Positions 46,750 through 64,000 of a stretch of DNA of 64,000 nt are shown here, in pieces. Made by a program: the position numbers and the translations under genes. Under the pieces are notes generated by a model. That model saw nothing but the letters and a program-made list of their open reading frames with translations. It did no database searches and was not told the DNA's origin. Origin of the DNA: Macrostomum lignano (taxonomy: Eukaryota). Location of the stretch: NCBI GenBank assembly GCA_002269645.1, contig NIVC01000468.1:16674-80673 (forward strand), in the 5' to 3' direction. Every line of letters starts with the position of its first letter. The stretch's first letter is position 1.

Positions 46750-47650
46750 CCTCACTTCCCTACTTCCCTACTTCCCTACTTCCCTACTTCCCTACTTCCC
46801 TACTTCCCCACTTCCCTACTTCCCTACTTCCCTACTTCTCCACTTCCCTACTTCCCTACTTCCCTACTTCCCTACTTCCCCACTTCCCTACTTCCCCACT
46901 TCCCTACTTCCCCCACTTCCTTACTTCCCCACTTCCTTACTTCCCCACTTCCCTACTTCCCTACTTCCCCACTTCCCTATTTTCCTACTTCCCCACTTCC
47001 CTACTTCCCCACTTCCTCACTTCCCCACTTTCCTATTTCCCTACTTCCCCACTTCCCTATTTTCCTACTTCCCCACTTCCCTACTTCCCCACTTCCCCAC
47101 TTCCCTACTTCCCCACTTCCCTACTTCCCCACTTCCCTACTTCCCCACTTCCCTACTTCCCCACTTCCTTACTTCCCCACTTCCCTACTTCCCCACTTCC
47201 CTACTTCCCCACTTCCCTACTTTCCCACTTCCCTACTTCCCCACTTCCTTACTTCCCCACTTCCCTACTTCCCCACTTCCCTACTTCCCCACTTCCTTAC
47301 TTCCCCACTTCCCTACTTCCCTACTTCCCCACTTCCCTATTTTCCTACTTCCCCACTTCCCTACTTCCCCACTTCCTCACTTCCCCACTTTCCTACTTCC
47401 CTACTTCCCCACTTCCCTACTTCCCTACTTCCCCACTTCCTTACTTCCCCACTTCCCTACTTCCCCACTTCCCTACTTCCCTACTTCCCCACTTCCTTAC
47501 TTCCCCACTTCCTTACTTCCCCACTTCCCTACTTCCCCACTTCCTTACTTCCCCACTTCCCTACTTCCCCACTTCCCTACTTCCCCACTTCCCTACTTCC
47601 CCACTCCCCTACTTCCCCACTCCCCTACTTCCCCACTTCCTCACTTCCCT
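46750..47650. repeat. 8-bp-unit C-rich array (ACTTCCCT/ACTTCCCC); G-rich on the minus strand
   Basis: Mixed 8-mers; the rare variant block TTCCCTATTTTCCTAC...CCTCAC recurs 360 bp apart (about 46972 and 47332). Confidence 0.93.
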
Positions 47651-48009
47651 TACTTATCTACTTCCTCTCTTCCCCACTTTCGTGCTCACATACTCCACTA
47701 AATGCAAATTATCCAACGAAAGTTTTTAATTTGCCCGCTTATTTTTCAATCTCTTAGGTAGGTCTTAGGCCCTGAAAGCAGGCTCTTATGCGTCAGTTGA
47801 AAGCAATGGCTACATTTTGCTATCCAAATTTCGGGTCGGCTTTGCGCCCCCCCCCCCGAATTTGCGCCCTCCTTCTCCATATGCGTACTTACTAAATCTA
47901 GGTCTTACTGTATGTTAATAAGTGTAACAGCCATGGTCTGAACAGTTCAATATGCATTTTTATTTTTAGAAAAAAACTCTGTACAAAATACTGATTTGTT
48001 TAATTATCA

Positions 48010-48290
48010 GGTAGTGTGTCCAGAACTGCAGTAGGGTAGTGTGTCCAGAACTGCAGGAGGGTAGTGTGTCCAGAACTGCAGTAGGGCAGTGTGTCCAGAA
48101 CTGCAGTAGGGTAGTGTGTCCAGAACTGCAGGAGGGTAGTGTGTCCAGAACTGCAGTAGGGCAGTGTGTCCAGAACTGCAGTAGGGTAGTGTGTCCAGAA
48201 CTGCAGGAGGGTAGTGTGTCCAGAACTGCAGTAGGGCAGTGTGTCCAGAACTGCAGTAGGGTAGTGTGTCCAGAACTGCAGGAGGGTAGT
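48010..48290. repeat. 25-bp minisatellite (GTAGTGTGTCCAGAACTGCAGTAGG) arranged as a 75-bp trimer
   Basis: Period 25 (48011, 48036); unit ends cycle GTAGGGT / GGAGGGT / GTAGGGC. Confidence 0.93.
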
Positions 48291-49506
48291 GCTGAGGTAT
48301 AAATCACAATCTCTATTACTCATACTGTATCTCTTGTACTTCTAAGCAGACACACCGTATCGGAATTCGTAGAGCCGCTGACATTCACAGAAAGATTGCG
48401 AAGGAAATCCTGCGCCAGTTTTCAATGCTTGCTGTCCTCAGTTTATGGCTGGCTAGAATAAGCTCCTGAATCAAGATTATTCAGCAATGGCAGGTGGAGG
48501 CTGTGCTTGTTTAAGACTTTCTGGGGCAACAGCTGTTTCAATGTTACCAGTAGCTGGAAGGCTGCGTGTGACACGAACCAATTTTATTGTGCTGCCTTGT
48601 ATCTCGTCGAACTTTCAATGCTTCATCGATTTGCCTGCCGATTAGGCAACCCAGCCGCTATAGAAGCAACCCTGACCTTTGCAGACTTGGTTCATTTTGG
48701 TTTGGCTGAATTCTGAAATATGCTGGATCTGTGCGACGCACCTGATTCCAAGTAATCATTGAAAACTATACAGATCACTACACACCATAAATAGTTCAAT
48801 AATGACGCGCCCATTTCAGGACTTCAGAAGCTGGACATCAACTAAGCACCGGAACGGAGTCATCCCATCGACATTCCCTCACTTGGGCTCCTAGGAGGTG
48901 AAGGATAGTAATACGCTCGTATTTTGAGTACTAGCGGTTCCGTTCTAGAGTCTTAAGCTAGCATGAAGTCATCATCATGAAGGCATCATGAAGGCATTTC
49001 ATCGCTTCAATCTACTGGGAGAAACCGTTTTGGTCTACTGGAGTGTTCCTGTGCTCAAGTTGGCATCCTTTCACATTACCTCACCTCAGATGCCTCATAC
49101 TCGTAGAGCCATTTAAACCCAAAAGATCAAACGCAAAAGATCAACTTTGGCCTTGCTCGAATTATTGTTCTGAAAAGACATGCGAAATGCACAGTGCAAT
49201 TATGAATTTGAAGTCACCCCTGGTCAAAGTAGGTAGCTGCAAATTTGAAAAGAGAGTAAAAAAGACTGGAATGTCATAGCGGAGATAGCCAATGTGCATT
49301 AACGTAGACTTCACGGCATAAATTGTTGCAACTGAAAATTCGACTTGGGCGACGCGAAACTTTCTCGATCTTCTTATCATTTCCCGGCGCAACCATAGAG
49401 GCCTTAAAAACTGAGCAGAGTTTTGCTCTGAAAAAAATTTCGTAAACGTAAAGCTTTTTTTAGGCACATTCGCGCGGGAAACAACCGGCACATGTTGCAT
49501 TAAGAT

Positions 49507-52500
49507 ATGCGGGATCGAGGACTTCAGTGGCAGCTACTGCTGATCCTGGCCTGGCTGGCCTGCCTGGGCCACGCCAAGCTGAACGTCACCTTCCAGCCCC
49601 ACCCGATCATCGTCAAGACCGAAGGTCAATTTTCTGTGAACGTGACCGTGATGGTAAACGCATCTGACCCGGCAGTACCCGAGGGAGTTCTTCGCTTCTC
49701 TATGAAGGATACGAGAGTTGCTCGGCTGCCGATGTCCAACGAGACATCCTATCCGTGGTCGGGGAACTCTAGCGTCGGGGAAGAGCACCGATTTCAGCTC
49801 ACCATCCAGGGCGTGAGGCTCGGCTGGAGCGACCTGTTGATCTCCTTCGATACGAATGCGACAAAGAACTCCGAGCTGGACTACCTGATCAGCGACAGAC
49901 AGCAAGTGACGGTCTTGCGGGACTCCTCGACAATTCAGAACATTTACCGCGGCATTCTCATCACTTTGGTCGTCCTGCTAGTGATTGGAATGGGTTCCGC
50001 TATCGACTTGCGCATAGTGCTCAAGCTGCTCAAGCGGCCAGTGGGTCTCGCTGTGGGCTGGTTCACACAGTTCATTCTCATGCCCCATGTGAGCTTATAC
50101 TGTCATTTGAAAGTTCTAAACTCCTGGCATGTGAAAAATTTAGGCTACAAGACGTAGGCACCCCACGTTTCCAAGTACTTGCGCAAATGAAAAGGCAGTA
50201 GAAAAAAATTAATGAACACGAAAATTTTGCACATACGAACTTTTTTGGACCAGTGTACTAGCCACACAATATGACTCTGCTAGCTGAAACAAACTGGCTC
50301 AAACCATCACCAAAAGCTTCATCGTCTCGAACTATCAACTGATGTCCCGTGCGTAAACATTTCTCGCCGGGGGAATTCCATTAGACAACTAAAGGCTGTT
50401 CATCCAAGGACTGGGGGTCGCCACACACACCCTCAATTACCTCAGCTAATGCCGGTACCATTTGGATACCAGCTGGATGAACTGAAGCAATGCGAGTTGA
50501 GTGTCTTGCTCTTGAAAAATTGACAGCTCGGTCTCGCAGTCGGTCAGCTGCTGCTGCTGGCAGTCAACGATCTGGACAATGCCGAAGCGTTCGCCTTCGG
50601 TATTCTAACACTGTCCTGCTCTCCTGGAGGCGGAAACAGCAACATGTGGACCCTACTGTTTGACGGCGATCTCGACCTCAGCATGACCATGACATTCGTC
50701 AGTCAGATTTCAGCAATGTGTGAGTAACTCAATCACCTTGTCACCGTGGATCTTCAAGTTGAGCTGCAGGTCTTTGTGATGAACTATTTTCTGGTTTTGA
50801 ATCAGTGATTCCCAAAATGGTATCCTGTTTTTTACACTGATGCTAACATTTTTGAGGGTCTTATGTCTGAATAACTTCCTGTAAAATTAATTCTACTATT
50901 AGATTTTAGCCGAGGTGTTACTTAATCTGTCTAAGCCAAGTAGTCACTTAGGCAAACTAAAACGAAAGTAAAACATGCCTTATATGAGAACCCAGGATGC
51001 TAAACAACACTTTTATTCGAACGCAAGAAGCCTAGGGTTCAAACGAAATCAAATGTTACCGAAGCAGTTTTAGCAAGGAAGGACTACAAGAAGTTACGGT
51101 TGTATCGAGACGTAACACTAGCGTTCTAGGAGAATTCATCGAGTTAAAATTATTGATGGTTAATTTATCGGTAGCTTCCAGCGCACCTTGGCTCTTTGGC
51201 TCAATTAACCTCTCACGAAAATTGCAGTCATGATGCCTCTCTGGCTGTTTGCGTACAGCAGATTTTACATCGACAACGAGGCTCTGGTCCCGTACGACCA
51301 GGTGGCGCTGAACCTGCTTCAGCTGGTCATCCCGGTGGCTATTGGAGTTATCATCAAGCTCAAATGGCCCAAAGTTGCCCTCCGTATTACCCGCATTGTC
51401 AAGCCGTTCGCCCTTTTGTTCGTTCTGTTTGTAGTCGGCTTCGGTTCTTACGCCAACCTGTTCCTGTTCGAGCTGATTGGTGAGCTGTGCACACCTTCAT
51501 GAATGCTAGCTGTATAGTCCATGGGGTGTTGTACGAGCGTATATGAATAATTTATCTACTGTGCTCCGAAATGTCAGCTGACTTTAAGCTTTGAGTCAAG
51601 CGCCCTTTGATCTCATATAATTTTTTTAGTACATGTATAAGTTCGAAGTTGGCTGATCTCATATCTGCATAGCCTTATAGTTTCTGTCACGACGAACAAC
51701 CGACGTATCCAAGCAGCGAGTGCACGAATTCAGACACCAGTTGCTGCCAGTGCAGTGCATGTAGATAGAGGCACTGTCAGTTTTCACTGTTTCATAATGA
51801 TCGCGAGTTATTACTGATAACAGTTTGTTTTGAAATTTGGAACTTTTACTTCGTTTAAATTCTATGTAAGAGCAGTTGGGAAAAAGGGCACAAAAAGCAA
51901 GGCGCATAGCTTAGTGCCATGCTGGAAAGGGACTGAGGCAAGTGATGTGTTAATACATTGTAGAAGGACGGAAAATTCGTTTCTTAGACAATTTTTGGAA
52001 GCTGGGTTAGCAGAAAAATGCACTACTGAGATAAGAAGTTTTCACTCTTGGTAGAAAAATAGCGATATTTTTTATTTAAAGCAGATCAAACGCTCATAAT
52101 TTAGTATAACTCGTCTGTGATATTGATCCTGTGACTTCTTGTTAAACTTTTTTTGCGAGACTTACATAAAAAACGTTCAAAAATTCCGAAGAGTCCCTAT
52201 ATCCGTAGTGTATTTTTCGCACACACCTAGCCCCAAATTATTTTATAAGAAATGAAGTTTAAATTTCTACTAAAATCTTTTTGGTAAAAGTTCAAATGTC
52301 CAGAAGCACCACACTCGGACCAAGACGAACAGTGTCTTGTTGCCTGCTATCATACCATAGTTGCAGACAAGACCCAGGACGTACGTACTAAGAATTTAAA
52401 AAACTTCATGATGAATCAGAAGCCAAGCAAATAAGCTCTCTACTTTGGTTTTTCGTTTTTACCATCACCCTGAGTTTCATCATCACTCGCAAAATCGAGT

Positions 52501-53035
52501 CTGCCGAATAGTTTTCTTTAAGAAGCGACTACCTGACCCGATCTTGTTGAACTTTCCAGTCCAAATCCCCATCATCATTCCGTTCGCGGCGCTCGTGCCC
52601 TGGCTTGGATTCCTGTTCGGATTTGTTGTCACCCTACTGCTGCAGCTCGGCCGCAAGCAGGCCGTGGCCATCGCCCTGGAGACCGGCATCCAGAATGTCG
52701 GCATCCCCATCCTGGTGCTGCAGTTCTCCATGCCGCAGCCAGACGGCAGTCTCGCAGCCATCGTGCCGCTCATCGTGGCCTTCGTTGACCCCGTGCCGCT
52801 GTACTTTCTGCTCGCTGGCAAACGGATTCGCGAGCGTATTCGAAGAAAAACTCACTACAACACTGAGGGCAAGGCGCAGCAGGCTGACGTGGAAGTTGCC
52901 GGGCTGGAAGGCGACGGTGATGGCGTCAAGGCCGCTGGTCTGAAAAGCGGCAACGCGGTGGATCTGTCCGAGTACGGCCAGGTTCAGCGCGTCCAGGTTG
53001 CCAGAACCACATCAGTAGCTTCTAAGGAAAACTGA
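49507..53035 (+). CDS. SLC10A-family sodium/bile-acid cotransporter (P3/SLC10A3-5-like, signal peptide plus luminal domain), paralog 1, about 500 aa
   Basis: Exons 49507-50088, 50527-50719, 51228-51479, 52560-53035, in phase; SBF motifs QFILMP, SCSPGGGNSN, ALETGIQN. Confidence 0.93.
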
Positions 53036-53440
53036 TGCTGATTGTTCAATGAAAACGAAGATTTTTTATGATTTACCTTGAGATTCAGTCAGTATTTTGC
53101 ACTATGCACTGCACCTTTACGTCCGATGTACTGTATGTATAGGAAATCTTTGCTCTGACTTCCCGCTATCAGTCTATTACGAGCGTAGTTTGTGACAAAA
53201 AACGGTTTATAAAGTGTAAAAAAATACTAAAAGATTTCTAAAGCAAAATAAAACTCTGGACTTCATAAGACCGATACTTCAGTAGGCCTTACCTTAGACA
53301 AATGCAATTTTTTGTAGAGGAAAGCGTTGGCCTAATTTGAGTTTGACAGAAACTCAAACTGAACGGTGAACAGTCATATTCGTCATGTAAACCAACTGCG
53401 TGGGATTTGCATCAACGCTTGAATTTTTTAAATATTTAGC

Positions 53441-53936
53441 AACGAGTACTTTGACTCAGCTGCCGGGGGCTCCGGGCATCCGGATGCAGCAGGGAGGCGT
53501 CGCCGCCCATTCCGCTACCCCTGGCGACCACGGGCAGCTGGTGCTGCGCTGTCGCAAAGGGAGATCCGGAGGTGCCGGTGTCCGCGGCGCGGTCCCCCTT
53601 TAGAGAGTCCAGGAGGTGGACTGTCGCTCGCCCGGTAGCCCTCAGGTAGCGGACGAGCTGGCAGAGATTCTCGGGCCTGAAAACGTCGGAAAGGTCCGGG
53701 TTTTGGAATAGTTGGGCGAGCCTGTCCTGAGTAAAGGCGGGGCATTCACAGATGAAGTGCTCCACATTCTGGACACCGGAGAGGCAGAATGGGCATTTCT
53801 CGCTACGGATTTTTCCCTGGAGTTGACGATGACTGGCAAAAAAGCCATGACCCGAGAGCCCATGGTCAACGGCCTGATGTCCCTGTGGTTGAGTCCAAGC
53901 TGGGCCCTGCGGAGGGCAAGGAAAATAATACAATAC
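53441..53936 (-). mobile_element. 5'-truncated non-LTR retrotransposon 3' end (RT C-terminal CCHC knuckle; I/Loa/Tad-like)
   Basis: Frameshifted minus translation [23 protein letters not shown]...[22 protein letters not shown]...[10 protein letters not shown]; 10-bp direct repeat AATATTTAGC at 53431-53440 and 53937-53946. Confidence 0.75.
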
Positions 53937-54500
53937 AATATTTAGCTACAAAAATGGATATGCGTCTCGTGCATGCTGCTGCTGCGATGCTGCAGGTGTG
54001 AGAGTGCGCTTTGTAACTTCAAGAAAGTTAGCTCGGTTCATCAAAAATGTAAAATCAGTTTTGACAAAAACGATTTTATTTTTAGTTCAACGCCTGCATC
54101 GCGCGTCTCGGCCTGAGAAATCAAACAATTAAAAATCCGTCTCTTCACACCGAAAACGAACACAGCCCACACTGTATATTTCGTGCGCTAGAGTGCGGTG
54201 GTACATGCAGATATGCGTTTTCCCTGTCAGAAAAGCGAAAGCGACAAAAGTTTTCTACTTATCTGATATGAAATGATATTAAAAAGGTTAGAGAGAAGAA
54301 CAGATTAGAATGTTCACTGAGGCTGAGAAACACTTTCACATTCTCCTATCGGTACTTGAAGACGTGCCTAAGCAACAACCAGGGCCAGGCAAAGGTGGGG
54401 GGATCATTTTCAATTTGAGCAAGGCTCTATTTAAGTTCAAGCCCGTGGTTAAGAAATTTTCTTAAGAGCAGCCAAAGCTTGAGACGCACAGGCCTAGCAC

Positions 54501-57500
54501 ATGATGCTCAATCAAGGACTTCAATACCAGCTCTTACTAGCTCTTGGCTGCTTGGCTTGCTTTAGCCATGCCAAACTAAACATTACCTTCCAGCCCCACC
54601 CGATCATTCTGATGACCGAACAACGGCTCGTTGTGAACGTGACAGTGAGTGTGACAGATCCGGTGGTTCAACAGGGAGTTCTTCGCTTCGCTTTGAACGA
54701 CCTGAAAGTCGCTCGGCTGACTAACGAGACATCCTATCCGTGGTCGGGGAACTCTAGCGTCGGGGAAGAGCACCGATTTCAGCTCACCATCCAGGGCGTG
54801 AGGCTCGGCTGGAGCGACCTGTTGATCTCCTTCGATACGAATGCGACAAAGAACTCCGAGCTGGACTACCTGATCAGCGACAATGAGCAAGTGGCTGTGC
54901 TGCAAACTCCAAATGCGCTCCAGTCTGTCTATCGGGGCATCCTGATCGCCTTTGTCATCGTTATTGTGTTTGGAATGGGCTGCACCATCGATCTGAATGT
55001 TGTGATCAAGCTGCTGAAACGACCAGTAGGCCTCGCGGTTGGATGGTTCACGCAGTTTATTCTGATGCCTCACGTAAGCTTTAAAAAACGTCGCTAGTAA
55101 TCACCCCGAAATCCATCACATTCGATAGAAATTGAGTGGCTTCACTGAGATCTTGATCGATTTCAATTCTTGCAAGCGATTGAGTTCTCATTTACGCACT
55201 ACTTCGTTCTGTTACTTTCCCGATCGGCACTGAAAGTTCAGATCCCAAACGTAGGCAGTGCATAAGTCATACTACGAGCTACGTAAATCAAAGCGCTTAA
55301 ATGCTTTCTGACGCCTTTTTACCCCAGGAATAGGTAGTATAGTTGTATTTACAGTTTTAGGGACCATGAGCAGCCACAACAAAGCCATAGATCTCAAGGG
55401 GCCGTATGCAGAAAGCTCTGTCTAGGGTAGTCCGGTCTTGAAAAGCCAGTCCAGACTTGGATTTGGTATGCAGAAACACAAAGTCAGACCGGTCTACTAT
55501 AGACAGAAGTAGGGTAGCTAGACCATAGATCATAGACTGAACTACCCAGTCCGGACTAGCTAGTCTGGACTAGGCTTTCTGCATACGGCCCAAGGTATAC
55601 GAGCTACTTTGAACTGAACCACAAAGTCTTCTGACTCGTGCTCACCCGATAATTTGACAGCTGGGTCTCGCAGTCGGTCAGGTGCTGCTTCTGCTGGTAC
55701 AGGACCTGGACAACGCGAGCGCGTTCGCCTGCGGTATTCTTACACTGTCCTGCTCGCCAGGCGGAGGAAGCAGCAACATGTGGACCCTGCTATTCGACGG
55801 CGACCTCGACCTCAGCATGACCATGACCTTTGTCAGCCAGGTGTGCGCCATGTGTAAGTACCAGACACTTTAGAAACTTTATATTGAGTGCATTGTACCG
55901 ATCAACTCTGAACTTTTCCATCCGCATCTCTAATGCTAAATTAGTAGGAAAAAAACTGAGCATATGCTTTCAAACGATTGCAGTCATGATGCCTCTCTGG
56001 CTGTTCGCGTACACTAGATTCTACATCAGCAACGAGACCAGGATCCCCTACGACCAGGTAGCGCTGAACCTGCTGCAGCTGGTCATCCCGGTGACGTTGG
56101 GCGTGCTGGTCAAGCTGAAGTGGCCCAAGATTGCCCATCGCCTGTCGCGAAGCATCAAGCCGCTCGCCCTGCTGTTCGTGCTGTTCATAATCGGATTCGG
56201 CACTTACATTAACCTGTACCTGTTTGAGCTGATTGGTGAGTTAAGTCTGATTTCTTAGGTTAGAAATTTCACACAATAAACAGCCAGGTGTACCTCGAAA
56301 TACGGGTGTTTCCTGCATAATTCTCGATATTATTTATCAAATATCGAGAAGGCCGTGGAAATGCATGGTAAAGATTTTGTATCTGAGGCACAAACTCAAC
56401 TGTAATCTTCGTTTCCAAGGAAACGTGCCACAGTGAAACAGTCTCGCTTGGAAGTGGACCGTGCTGGAACGCAATTGGGAAGAAGCCAATAAATTTTTAA
56501 TAGACTGATAAATAACTGACCAAAACTAATCCAGCCAGCCATCGCACCTAAAGTTGGAAATTTTCTGTGATTAATAAGAGGAGAACTGGTTCAGATAGGA
56601 AAATGCCAAACGCTTTGCTTTGTGGCACTGATAAGGCCTGTATAGGCAAACTGTCTTTGCAAAAGAAATTTCACTGGCTACTAGCTTATAAGAATAGTTC
56701 AGATGCGCAATTACAGCGTCTGTCACCTGAGTCACCTGCAAGCATAGGAATTTTCTTATCAGCAACTGAGCTGCCATGCTCATCAAGCCCCGGGAGCAAC
56801 GATAGCGAAACGAAAAATCTTTTCATAAATTTTATTCGGTCTTCCAAGCATTCGAATACTTGAAAATACAAAATACAATTTCTCGTATATGGCCGGTAAA
56901 TAGAGAGTGAGTGGAACTGGGTGCCAACTTAAGCCCCGGGTTATGACTGAGGTGTCCAGTGAAGAAAACAGTCAACCTTCGCAGGGATCCAGGAAAGCAA
57001 GGAAAGAAACCTTACTGCAAATAACAGAGCGTCGCTGTGATCAAATTTCAGCTCAACTGCCGATTATTATTCCATTCGCCGCTCTGCTGCCCTGGCTTGG
57101 ATTCCTGTTTGGCTACACCGTGGCTATTATAATGCGACTCGGCCGCAAGCAGGCCATCGCCATCGCCCTAGAGGCCGGCATCCAGAATATCGGCATCCCG
57201 ATCCTGGTGCTGCAGTTCTCCATGCCGCAGCCGGACGGTAGCCTTGCAGCCATCGTGCCGCTCATCGTTGTCCTAGTCACCCCCATGCCGCTTTACTTCC
57301 TGCTGGCTGGCAAGAAGATTCGCGAGCGCTTCTCGCGCGACAGTCAGTACGAGCTGGATGGCGAGGGCGGCGGCGCGGACTCCGTCGATGCAACTGCCGT
57401 GACAAACGACGCCTTCAAACAAGAGGGTCTGAAGAGTGGCCTCACTGTGGACCTGACGGAGCACAACCAGCACATTCAGCACAAGTCCACCGAGAACTTA

Positions 57501-57524
57501 GTCGACTTGGAGAGGAAGTTTTAA
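54501..57524 (+). CDS. SLC10A-family sodium/bile-acid cotransporter, paralog 2, about 496 aa
   Basis: Exons 54501-55073, 55661-55853, 55984-56235, 57052-57524; same intron positions and internal exon lengths (193, 252 bp) as paralog 1; motifs SCSPGGGSSN, ALEAGIQN. Confidence 0.93.
55399..55591. mobile_element. 193-bp MITE, probably PIF/Harbinger-like, in intron 1 of paralog 2
   Basis: TIR GGGCCGTATGCAGAAAGC / GCTTTCTGCATACGGCCC; TSD reads as AAG (3 bp) or alternatively CAAGG (5 bp). Confidence 0.75.
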
Positions 57525-57998
57525 AGAGCTTTGCAGATTTGATGAGTGGCACGAAAGTTGTCGAATGCGCAATTACGAGTATTTAACGACAACACCGGGT
57601 ATTGTCTTATAAATCCTCAAAAAATACTGGGAAAAATACGGAATCTGTGCAAAATAGAATGCATTAAACCTGTTGACTAAATTTTGCTTAAAAGATTCGT
57701 ACAACGCATTCGAACTGAATGGTTTTTCATGAGAACACTTACAACACTGTATTAGTACTGTAGTACGAACAAAGCTAAATTTAAAAAAGATTTTAATGAA
57801 ATAAACATGCCAATTTGTCAATAACCTATGCGTTGATTACAGTAAAAAATGAAATTTGTTTGTTTGGTTTCTGCTTGCGTTTTTCGGCATCTTTAACAAA
57901 AACACGTTCATTCGCACCGGTTCTGACTGTATTAAACCTTATAATCAAGCCTAATCAGAATAAGTTTAAGCTGGAATGGTCTACAAAATAAAAGATTG

Positions 57999-64000
<6,002 letters not shown>

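Noticed and set aside
46620-47757. Pro-rich 369-aa and 346-aa ORFs
   Set aside because: Products of an 8-bp pyrimidine repeat.
50440-50515. GCCGGTACCATTT...GAGTGTCTTGC segment reminiscent of a SINE central domain
   Set aside because: Short, no Pol III head, tail or TSD; cannot be supported without a library search.

Overview
Intron-containing animal genomic DNA; the GC-rich exons, poly-Gln/Gly tracts and very dense minisatellites resemble a free-living flatworm such as Macrostomum (inference, not proven). I could build six spliced genes by hand from GT-AG sites and reading phase: an ABCG2-like half transporter (-, 15.8-18.2 kb), a PA-TM-RING E3 ligase of the RNF13/RNF167 family (+, 22.5-27.4 kb), a synaptotagmin-14/16-like tandem-C2 protein (+, 5' end unresolved, to 43.65 kb), two tandem SLC10A sodium/bile-acid-symporter-family paralogs (+, 49.5-57.5 kb) and a 5'-truncated ABCC1/MRP-like transporter (-, 58-64 kb) that carries two single-base frameshifts in one exon. 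There is also an orphan 386-aa ORF with a degenerate WW-like motif (-, 44.9-46.1 kb). About a quarter of the window (roughly 15.7 kb by my coordinate sum) is tandem repeat, in 17 separate arrays; almost all long ORFs in the supplied track are artefacts of these. Mobile DNA includes a Tc1 derivative with a nested long-TIR MITE upstream of ABCG2, several other MITEs with TSDs, a Crypton-like tyrosine-recombinase remnant, two truncated LINE insertions with TSDs and a tRNA-derived SINE candidate. The most notable observations are a 160-bp 100%-identical gene-conversion tract between otherwise diverged SLC10A paralogs, the SLC10A/ABCC/ABCG transporter neighbourhood, the nested transposons, the Crypton remnant and intron-specific minisatellites that mimic splice acceptors. 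I found no CRISPR array, rRNA or intact tRNA, and no clearly new multi-gene system.
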